From assembly GCA_965285935.1 (NCBI GenBank), contig OZ260664.1:52142001-52206000 (forward strand): a stretch of 64,000 nucleotides of DNA. The letters run 5' to 3'. The translations under genes were made by a program, and so were the position numbers. Positions 27,501 to 39,500 of the stretch are shown in pieces. The notes under the pieces are model-generated. The model made no database searches and was not told the DNA's origin. It saw only the letters and a list, made by a program, of their open reading frames with translations. Position 1 is the stretch's first letter. The number at the start of each line of letters is the position of its first letter. Source of the DNA: Ophelia neglecta. Its lineage: Eukaryota.

Positions 27501-30500
27501 AATAATGACCAAAAAATGATATTGATGGTTTTGGAGACAAGTTTCAAAGCCTAGCCAGTTTATGCCTTTTCTTCACATTATAGTGTGAGCTTACACGTAC
27601 ATAGAATTTCAAAGCCATTTACATTTTGTAAAATGTTAAGGACTAATGAGGACAAATGACAAATTTGGACAGCAGGAAATGCTTGAGTTGATAAGTTAAT
27701 TGAGTATTTTTGAAAAATGAGAACTTTAAAAACATGAGTCATTTGAGTGAGTGATGAGGAATGTCTTGGGCAGCCTGAAGAAGTGGAGACATGTTCTGGC
27801 AGCAGCCACCAGAAAAGTGGCCAAGCCATTTTTTGAGGTTTTATCCAGTGCTAACTACGTGAGATCAACTACAAATCACGGGTGATATGCCCAGAATGCA
27901 GGCAGAAGACGTCTAAGTGATGACGGCAACATGTGTTGTAGAAAAAAATTCCAAAGAAAACAATTTTACAAGTCATGGCACCACCACAACTGACAAGCAA
28001 ATTAATATGTTATGATGGGACAAGTTGTCATAGTTAGACGTTCTGGGGAAGTGCGCCGTGCATTTCACTAAAGTAACTCGATTTGGCTTTTGTTGATGGA
28101 ACGTATTGCTGAATGTTGTATTCTCTCACTGGAGGCAAGACAACTTATTTAAGCTGACGGCCCAACTTTTTCATGTTTAGTTTCCCATGGTGTGATGCTT
28201 TGCTTCAAAATCATATCCAAGCCCGTCAAAATAAGCATAAGAATGCCCTGTAAAAAGTTTGAGAAAAAAGAAGGCAATCAGTTGGTCTTTCTAAAGTCAA
28301 GTTACAGAACACATGAGCTTAGGCCTGCCAGGGCTCTAATGCCTTCTGACAGGCTGAATCATTCAAAGCCCAGTCAAGGACTTAATAGAAAACCCTTATT
28401 TTGACAAAGTCACTAGCGGAAACAAGAGCGGAGAGAAAGCTATAGGATTGCACTGACATGTCAATAGCAGCTAGTCATTGGAGTATCACTCTCTGTATGA
28501 TGTGACGGCAGGCCTAACAGCCATTAATAAAAACTCACAAAAACCTCCCAAAGGCAAAGTGAAATGGACTGAGAATATTTATGTGTAGATGGGAAACAAT
28601 TCCTCCCTGACAAAGTGCGCTTTGTGTCCTGATATTTTAGTTTCACTTATTTGGCTTTTTTAGCCGAGTCTCAAGTTTAAGATAAAAAGCAAGCTTCAGA
28701 GTCTCCTATATGAGATCCTTGTCAGATATGATTCCTTCCAGATGGTTTGCTGGCCCTGACTGCATGAATTCATTCTGCCGTGATACAGAGTTAAGTGTTT
28801 TTTTGGCATCTGTTACATGGATTTAGTTTGAAGTTACCTGCTATTGAAATATCCTGGCAGGCTTGATATTCAAACTGGAAGAGTGCTACATGTTGAATTT
28901 CGCAGTAAATGAACAAAATACAAGCTCTTGCATAATATATTGTTGAAGTGATAGGAGCTGACATTTCAGAGACTGTCCCATCACTCTCAGAGCACATGGT
29001 TAGTATTACACACCACAGGATAGGGGTTTGGCTGTCAGATACACCAGACATCTGTAATGTGCCTGAAAAGCTCGTGCAGAGAGATTTGAAGAAATCTGTC
29101 AGTTGAAAATATGTTGCCATTTTTTCTCTATAGGCCATGTTTCAGGCGGGTGCCCTCAGTGTATACTGGGGTATGTACTCTGGAAGTGGTCTCCGCCTCA
29201 AGGTTATTATTTTGAGAAAACTCGTTGATGGTTTAGTGTGATTTCCATACCTGTAGGCAATCCACCCATCTCATCACCATTGTGAAGTGGTCTCCATGAT
29301 TTATTTTAATAAGAATAAGATGGAAAGGTTGTGTGAAACTATCATGAATCATACGCCACACCTCTATACCACAGAAAACAGGTGGCAGGACAATGATGCT
29401 GGAAGAAAAAGTGAAATATAAGTATTTCTAAACTCGTTTGTCACAAAAGCTTTCAAATTGGGGTATTTAAAAAAGTTGCTACTGGAAAAAATTATGAATA
29501 TATTAACAGTCCCATTTATGTTGGTTGTAGCATCTTCCTGCTGGAGTCCCTGAGTGTGCAATCACCTCAACTGGAACTAATACTATCACCATTTACTGAG
29601 CCATTACCTCTCAGAGTATTGTCAAATGATACTCTAAGACATTGAACTGTAGATTTAAGTTTTATGTGTCTATTTCAGGTATATTGTACATGTACTGTAC
29701 TTGTAAGAACAGTGTTTGCACTGGCTGATTGAAAAGTGAAGTCAATGAAGTCTATTTTTATGAAAGTGTGGGGTTCTAGCACATAGAGTGCATGCATGCC
29801 ATTTATCTGTAGTCCTAATTGAGTTTTGCGGGTAAAAATGATACTCTGAAGATGTTAATGCAAGCCCTGCAGAATCTGATGGTCTTCTTCTCCTTCTCCC
29901 AAGGCTTAACGGGATTGTAGGAGAGAGCTTTCCAGGAGAGAGCTTGTTACTCATCTTGTTGGATGACACTCTACTAGCTGTGTCCCCTGGTCTTGCTGAA
30001 TGAGACTGTCCTAGCTGTGTCTCCTCCATCATGCTGTATGACACTGTACTAGCTGTGTCCCCTCATCTTGATGGATGATAGTGTACTAGCTATGTCCTCT
30101 CTTCTTGCTGGATGACACTAGCTATGTCCCCTCGTCTTGTTGGATTACATTGTTCTATCTGTGTCCCCTCCATCTTGCTGGATGACAGTGTACTAGCTGT
30201 GTCCCCTCCTCTTGTTATATGAAACTGTACTAGCTGTGTCCCCTGCAGACTTTAACAGTGATTCACAAATGTCTATCATTTATCAGCAGTCCACTTCCCA
30301 TGATATTTACACAATAATGACCTTTCCAATTTCAACACGCTTGAAAGCCGGGAGTTTACTGTGCCCATGGGGGCCGTTACTCTGAGATCCAGGCAGAAAA
30401 GTGTCGTCACTGATGGATTGGTGCTTGACTTCAAGATAACCACACTCAAAAATAGCTTATATTAAATAGAACATTAATCAATCTTAGTTTTGATGTTATT

Positions 30501-33500
30501 TTAATTGTGTTATATGATTTAATCAAATAATTTGAATGTCAGGTCAAATAAACCCGATATGCATGTGAATTATTGTGCATCGGCTGTCACATTGGTCTTG
30601 TTGTGATTACAAGCAGTGGTGTAATATCTCCAGACGGGGAATGGATTTGGAATCGTGTTTAAATGGGGTGAGAAGAAGAAGGCTGTTGTTTAATGGTCCG
30701 TGACTGTTTTAGATTGTCCCTGACAGTGTAAGGGATGTCCGGTGTAAGGGATGTCCGGTGTAAGGGATGTCCGGTGTAAGGGATGTCTGGTGTAAGGGAT
30801 GTCTGGTGTAAGGGATGTCAGGTGTTCAGTGGTCTCGGTGCACACCTGCTAGTCCTAGTCATACCTTGTTGTGTTGTCAGTGGGCCCTGCTGGTATTTTA
30901 GAAGACAAATGTTAATGATGATGTGATGGCTTTCCACCTGGCTGCCTGGGGAGGGACATCCCTCATGAGAGAGGAGATAATGACATAGCTGGTCAGGGCT
31001 AGGCTGTGTCCTAACCACCCACTGCCCCCTCCCTGCTCTGGGACTGGCTGTCCCCTGCCCCGGGCCAGGATGAAGACGTCCCTGTCAGCTGTGGTTTACA
31101 CTAAGGCAGGTCTCTCATTGTCTGGGGGGTCAAAGCACACCATCACACAGTATTATGCATTGTTACCAGGCCCCAAGATGTCTCTCCGCTACCATACCCT
31201 CAGGTCACAACCCAGCCAGGCAGGAATCTCAAACCAGGCTTCCAAATAGTTCAAGTTTGTGGTTGAAATTCCTGCCTTTCACAGAATCCGAATGCAGACT
31301 GTGTACAATGTCTGTAGGTATTTGCATCAGAATTCCATGTTTTATTACAATTTTACAATTGTGATTAAACTGCACATTCAGAAAAACAATCAGTTTTTAG
31401 AGCTGAAATGCTGTCAGTTTAGATTATTGTCAGGATTCTCCGACACCCGGATATAGCCCTCAGTAGTTTTGATTGGCTATCTAAAGTTTGACTCTGTCAA
31501 TAAAGTATGGAGCATGTGAGCTGATCCTTGCAGGAATTGTTTCCTGAATGGGGGATTCAGCTGCCATTCACAGTTAATTTGAGCTCATTCTAACAATTTT
31601 CATTCTATGCAGTCTGATGAATGACAGACTTCCTGACAAGTAAATTCCTACCTGGGGGTGTTTTCAAACTTCAATCGCTACCAATCAATAATTAGTTTCA
31701 ATGAATAAAAAGATTTGACTTCTCCCATCCAATATGCATGGTCTGCCCTTTTGATATTTGCAATACAGCCAATCAGCTCTGGGGTTGGCTGCGGAGAATG
31801 GCGTTAAGCTTTGGGAAGTTTTGATATTGTTTTTGGTGTTTGAAGTCTGAGAGGTCAATAAGGTCGCAAGCCATCAGAGATGATCTGAAGAGTTCACTTG
31901 TAAAAATGAGATTTTTCATAAATTCTCTAATCACCAATTCTGATCATTATGGATCCTTTGAGGATGTTACCATGGTGATTGTTAATTGAATTGTTCTGGC
32001 TTACGGCTCAGGAGAGGAGGCAAGGGATTTTGCCTCATCCATTGTTCTTGTGGTGAATTCTTACCAGTCATTACTACATTGATGCCTACTTTGTCCGTGA
32101 TCTCATTACAAACTGAACAGTTGTTTCATTTCACATGATTACAGTAAAAAATTGATTAATGATCTGTGAAATTAGATTGAAGATTGGTAATAAATCTAAG
32201 CTTAATAATTGATACCACTAAAAGCTAGCAATGTAATTATTGATATATAAACCACAAAAAAAAAAGATGTTTCCTTTTGGATTGAAACCTCTAGGACCAA
32301 TTAGGCTAGCATCTTTCACCATGGTCCAGTCTCCTCAGCTCTACTGATCTCAAGAGGGATCCCAAAACTGATGGCAGGGGAGGGCAGAGTGATCGGGACA
32401 AAACTTGAGCTGTGTTTCGAGTAGCCAGGTATTTCAGTGGTGATATTATATCATATCAAGAGATGAAGTTGGGTTTTGACTGTGGGTGAAGATAACTGGT
32501 TTATATCTGGCAGGAGCCACAGAGGCCAGGCTGAAGAGACCACGGCTGGGAGGCCTCAGATATTGGCTGATTGTTGGATCACGTAGCCAGTTTGCTTTTC
32601 AGTTTTGTAGCAGAGCAAGGGTTGGTGGTAATTGGGAGCAGATCTGTTATAGGTGGAAAAGGGTGATAATGAGGTGGAAGGTCGACCGGTGCTCAGTCCT
32701 TCACATCCCCTAAAGTAGCTACACTGCCAGAATGAGGTAAGGAATACATATATCTGTGCATGTGGAAATCATAGTTTTTTCGTTTGTATGTCAGGTCCAA
32801 TGAAATGGGTGTGAACTGTTAATAGAAACCAGTTGATCTAAGACACCTTTATGCTGTGCATTTTTAACTTAAACACTTCATAGCTACCTCTCTCATAAAG
32901 TTGACAGATAGATTTATGTTTTCTCTAAATCAAATCATAGTTTCGGTGGTTTCTCACTGTAGATGTTCTGAGCTTTCTCATTATGGTGTGATCTCTCTCG
33001 GTGGGCTCTGGATGAGTATATTTTCCCTCCAACGAGGGATCTATTTCCTAACGAGGCCCATCTGTATACCTGTATTATTAAGGTACACTTTCAGGTGTGG
33101 TCCACCTTGGTCCGTCTGTCTGCAGCTTAACAATGGTAATCAGACAAACAGGATTACTTGGCAGCCACCCGCAATGGCTGGACACTCTGACCAGCTGGTG
33201 ACCACCCACACTATACTAGCTGTCAATTGGCGACCTCCGGTGCCTTATGGCTTGTGATGTATTGGCTTGACCCACTGTTTGCTTACCCTAACCCCTGACT
33301 GAAAAATTGATTTAACCCCTCCCCGACTGGCCTGCTGTAAGTGATTATTAGGGGGAGCTGGTCATCAGTTCCTGGGACTGTGTCGACACCCAGCCAGCCT
33401 GCCTGTTAGCACCGTCTCTGGCATACATCTTCTCATACACAAGCCATTTCTCTACTCAATAGACTTTCACTCAATAGTGTTTATCCATAGAATTCCATTC

Positions 33501-36500
33501 AGAATATGATGATAAGTGGTAAGAAACTGGCACTTTTTATCTTGCAAGATTTTTGCGTCAAAGGTCATATGTTCCTCCAGTTTCTGGCTAAAAACAGGAA
33601 TGTGTGTTTTGATTTAGCCACTAACCACTTTTGTCCCCCCTTTCCTCCCTCCCCACCTGACCCCTCACCTTCCTCTACCAATCATCATAATGATGTTTCA
33701 AGCTCCAGTGCCCAGGAATCTACACCAGCTCCATAGATTCCATAAAGCTTGGATGCTTTAAACAATGCCCCCCCTCCCCCCCCCCCCACCCTCCCCTCTC
33801 TCCCATCTCTCTCCAATCATCTGCTCACAATCTTAGATATGTGCTGGTGTATTTAACATAGCTTTGGGAAAACTTTAATTCAGGAAATAGTCATCTGAGT
33901 CAATTTAGATACTGTGAATACTGTTGAAATGGCTCATAAATCTGGTAAAACTTGACTGAAATCCATAAAATGGCCCTTGCGTTTTTGAGTGGGTGATCAC
34001 TAATGATTAATCCTGCTGTTGAGTGGCAGGACGTTGGGTCCGTATTATCTGTTTATCCTGCGTAAAATGTCAGCCAAAAGTCTCTCAGTGCGGAGTCGAG
34101 TTTGGACAGCGTAGCTGGCTTTTTTTTTCAACGAAGCTCACATTTTTGTCCTGAGTTGTCCAATGTTTTTCTCCTTGATGAGAAGCCTCTCAGCTGTTCT
34201 GCTACAAGTTGGGTTAGGTTTTCATGGCATGGCACAAGAAAGTATCACCCAACATATACCACAATACAAAAAAACAGGCAACATGATTGACTACGGTGGA
34301 GAGACTAAGATATCAGATCTCGACTAAACAGACATCATAATAACGTGTCTGTACAAGCCACATACATCATCTCTTAGACACTGGCTAAAACTGAGAGGAA
34401 TTCTTAAAATACCCCTGGCAGAGATAAGCTCTACCCAGAGGCTGGGCAAGTTTATCTCTTCCTGGGATTGACATTATTATATTTGATACACTAGTGGGGG
34501 TATGGTGGCGCAGGGTTTGGGTGGGGTGGATGTGCAAATGTACTCAACTGCCTCTGAAATCTACTTAACTACTGCCAGACTTGACAGAGTGAACGCAGAA
34601 CTGTAAAACTACGGTGCTGGTTGTTTGCCCCAAATTTGCCGGTTATCTAGACACGTCAACATCTAATTATTATACTGTGCTGAGGAAAATGCTCCTGTTA
34701 ATTTATTTGTTACTCTTCATCGTTAATCCTGGCTAACTTTTGGAACCAACAGAGAGTGTAAGGTTATCCAAGGACTAATGTCTTTCTTGGTCTTTTTGTG
34801 ACTTGGCTTTAATTAAGTCATAAATAAGAGTGTGAGTAGTTGTGAGTAGCTGTGAGTAGTGTATCATGTGAAGGAATGTGGGGTGTGGTATCACAGACAA
34901 AAGGCCGGCAGGGCCTGGTGTAGGATGAGTCTGTGACTGTCATGTAGTTATCTCTGCCATGGCTAATCAGGCATGATGTGGGCATCTGCTACCTTGACCC
35001 TCAGGTCTCTGGTCCAGGGGGAGGAACACGTGCTGGGCTGTGTCTTCTCTCCCTGGCCCCCACCTCTCTACATACGAGTGACCTGTCCTGGGGGAGGAAC
35101 ACGTGCTGGGCTGTGTCTTCTCTCCCCGGCCCCCACCTCTCTACATACAAGTGACCTGTCCAGGGGGAGGAACACGTGCTGGGCTGTGTCTTCTCTCCCT
35201 GGCCCCCACCTCTCTACATACAAGTGACCTGTCCAGGGGGAGGAACACGTGCTGGGCTGTGTCTTCTCTCCCTGGCCCCCACCTCTCTACATACAAGTGA
35301 CCTGTCCAGGGGGAGGAACACGTGCTGGGCTGTGTCTTCTCTCCCTGGCCCCCACCTCTCTACATACAAGTGACCTGTCCTGGGGGAGGAACACGTGCTG
35401 GGCTGTGTCTTCTCTCCCCGGCCCCCACCTCTCTACATACAAGTGACCTGTCCAGGGGGAGGAACACGTGCTGGGCTGTGTCTTCTCTCCCCGGCCCCCA
35501 CCTCTCTACATACGAGTGTCTTCCTTCAATTGGCTCTCATCTCTCCGACATTGGCCTAGCTAGTGGGTTATTATTTTATACACATCTAATAACTGGACTA
35601 CCTAAGACTACTGTAAGAATTGTTAACAAATGAATTCTTATAAACAGGGATTAAATTATTGTAATATTCATGTTTTTTATAACTTCATTATCATGTCAGG
35701 GTTAAAACATGGTTTTTGCCATTACTCTAAGACATAAGGTTAAAAATATGAGCCTCAGGCGAGGTTTTTACACTGGTGAATAGGGATATCAACTTGTCTT
35801 GTGCTGTTTAACTTCAAACCAACTACTGGCCTTGTTCACAACAGGTCCTGCCAGCCGTAAAGAGTGAGGAATTACAGGTGGAGTCTTAGTTACAATAGAC
35901 CTAACTAGACCATTTGTTATTGCTGACCCTAAATAAGTGATCCTTTTAATTTGAGTTGGATGGATTAAAAGGTCCCAGTTTTGTGAGATATTAGAAGGGG
36001 CTGGTCTTTGCCCCTTTATATGAAAAACCCACTGTAACTGAAACCTTGCATGAGCAAGTAATAGGGTGGAGGGATTGCTTGTTTACATAGACAGGTTTCC
36101 AGCAGAGACAAAAAAAGTTGATTAATTAATGTGGCCCTGTGTTAAACTGCGCATAAGTAAACAACAACATTAATAAGTGTCTAAAGCCTTGTAAACCTTG
36201 TTTCAATAGATTCATTCTTTTCCTACCTAAATGATTAATTGTTCTTTACAATTCTAGAGTCTTAGACAATATGTCAACATTAATTGCTGCCGTATACATT
36301 TCACTACATGTTTAGTTTTTTTTAATTTTCTGATTGCCCTGTAGCTGCAGTTTCTTAATTTGACGACTCCATTGTCAAGTTTGATGGCTTTACTTTGTGT
36401 TATTTAATGCGAGTTTGTTGTTGTTTTTGTTGACCTGAGATGGTGTCTCTGATTACAGATCTCGAGTTGTAATTTGCATAGATAGCGGCGTATTACATTC

Positions 36501-39500
36501 TTTCTGTACTGTCAAGGCCTGTGACATAGAATGTCGTCTGCTCGATATGACATTCCCTAGATCTATAACTGTCACCATACCATAAAACACTCTTGTGCGT
36601 CTTTTTGTTGTCCGCATGATTTATATCAGCGGAGGCACGAAGGTAAAGTGGCATTCAGTAATTAAGATTTCCAGATGAAATACCTGATGACTGTATTTTG
36701 ATGTGCAGCAGTAGGCTGGATACATAAAAGGAACTTTTAACGCCTTACAAAGTAATAATGTCGTTTTCGACTTACCGTAAAATGACTGTGTTTAGACCCG
36801 AGTGTTTTATGTGACTCTAGGATGCCTGATTTTTCATCCACCTGCATTTCCTTACAGTCGTATGATTTGTAAAGGTAACTTTTATGGAAACTTGAATGTA
36901 CTTAGTCACTATGGTGACACCGTGTGACCCCACTTATTTCGGCACCTAGTGGTTGTCAGGGATGAGTGACAGTGTAAAGGACGGCAAACTAGAGCCATTG
37001 TGTTTTACTTTGAATTGGAGGTAATCGGGGCAGAAAGGGGTGCACAGTGTCTAGAGGGGTGAAAGGCTTGTGGCCAATAACGGCCTGCAAATATCACCTC
37101 CGTGGCTTGACAGGTGTGACCTCTGGTGGAATATTAGGCAATTTATCATTCCCTAGGACCAAGGCGGGGACTTGTACCCTCCCCGTATCTTTGATCGAAT
37201 GACATCAAAGAAAAACATGGGTTAAGAGAGCAAAATTAAAAGCTAGTCAGACTGGGTTGACGCTTGACTTAAAAGAAATACATATGTAATGAATGTGTTT
37301 GGGGAAACTTTACGAACACCAAAATGTAATAAATGTGTGTTTATTATATCACAGCTGCTATGAATTGCTATGCATTGAGCTTGAATTTGATTTGAAATAA
37401 TTTTCATTAAAATAGATGCAATCTAAAAACAACAGAAACAGTAGAGCTATAGGAGGGTAGCAGCCAGACCTATGAGCATGTGTATACACAACAAAATCAA
37501 ATAAATAGATTATCCATGTACCCCCCTCAGAATTACGCTCCCTTAAAATATTTCAACGCTGCATAATTTATGAAAATAGAAATCAGAAATTAATACTCCC
37601 AGAACAGTGTGAATGTACAAGTTTATACATTAAATTAATTAATTAATTTATGTATGATAAGGTGGTATGATTGGTAGATGACGTGTTAAAATTGTTTATT
37701 ATGAAGTTTACATTTCTAAAATTTAATATAAATTCTGTACTTGTATCTATTACAGAGCCAGTGACCAATATTGGGATGCACTATGTTCGCCGTCCGTCTG
37801 CTGACCCTGACACCCCCCTGGAGGTGATACAGGGGGAGACAATGACCCTGGAGTGTGTGGTGGAGGGCTCTCCTGTCCCCGTGGTCACATGGGAGAAGTT
37901 TGGGGGCCTGCTGCCTGAGGGCAGGTTCTCTCAGGTTCTAGGTAAGTTTGCGCTGAGCTGTACTTAATTCTGTTAATTTTTTATTTACTGGAAAAAGATA
38001 GATTGGATTCAGCGGTGAGGCTACATTTGCATGTACCACTCAATGTTTTATTCTATGCTGCCCCTGTACATAGTTTTGGCTACAAAAAAAGTACTTATGC
38101 TAAGGGAGAAGTCAGGAATTATCACTTTATGGAGCCATACCAGCCTGCCAATGTTGGCATATAAGTCAGCCAGAACAAGCCATCGTGTGTTGTTGCTGAC
38201 ATTGTTTAGTTTATGTGACCACCTGTGGATCCAGGCTCTCACATTATTCACTTCTAACAACTAGGAATTCACTCCTAAACTACAAGACCCAGTCTCTCCA
38301 GAATCTTTACAAACCTATAATATTTCCGGTACTTACAACTGCACTCGCAAGATATCTTTCTCAAACGTAGGGTTTTCATTTTTACCATGGAATACTTAAT
38401 TTTGAGCCTATTTTTTGCTATGTAGGAAATCTGGTGATCCGAGAGGTTGAGTTTTACGATGCTGGAACTTACATCTGCCGAGCCCAGAATGGAGGAAGAG
38501 CAGCCGCTGAGATTGTCAAGGTTAATGTGTTAGGTAGGTGTCTGGGAAGTGTGCATTAACAGACAGAGTGGCCAGTACTACTCATCACCACCGCAACTAA
38601 CTGTTACTACTGTCCTTGAGATGGACCTAGAACAGCACTACTACTGAGACTCAAATCAAAGGACTCTATGGGCATGATTCATTTCTTTCAAATGAATGAA
38701 TATGCATTAAAACAGTGAGACAGCATGAGTTATCGTAGGATTTAATAAGTTGAAAGTGATTTAAATTTTAAATTGAAAACTATATTAGTTTTGTTTCATC
38801 ATTTCAATATTTAATTGCCTAATCAACTTGCAAATTAAAAAATAAATTTGCAAATTATCATTGGAATATTTTTATTGAGTTTCTGAGTGTCCTGTTAGCC
38901 ATGACAGGTAATAATTAATTCCTAAACTTTCTGCGAATCATCATAGCCTCATGATCAAGAATATCTATGGGTACACAATGCCTGAAAATTTACTAATTTT
39001 CTAGGGTTCTCAATTTAAAAAAATTAATTTAAAAACGCAATTTCTATGCAAATTGGGTGCTGTTATGTCCAAAGCAGTTGACTGTTGAGTATTTCCGTTA
39101 CAATCCTAGAGGTTAATCTTTTCTTTAGATTGGCTTACCAGATATTTATGTACATTTCAGTTCCGCCGTCCCTGACAGTGGCTCCCTCTCACCAGATAGT
39201 ACACGAGGGGGAGGAGTCTGCCTTCCACTGCCATGCCCGTGGTCGACCCAGGGTTCACCTCCATTGGGTCTACAATGGCCAAGAGGTCTCCCCGGGGGAG
39301 AACATCGACATCACAGGTAACATACATCATTTCTGCATTTATATAACATCAATCATAAATTGTCAAAAAAAGGGTAAGGAATTGATCGAGATTGTTAATG
39401 CATTGCCGGTTCCTCCCATTCTGTTGACCACTTGCCAAAAATACTTCTTGTTTATGTCCCATGGCAAGCTAGGTTTATAGTAGATAAAAAAACCAAAAGG

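Noticed and set aside
34973-35633. Series of near-identical 65-103 aa ORFs
   Set aside because: Frame-shifting translations of the 73-bp minisatellite.
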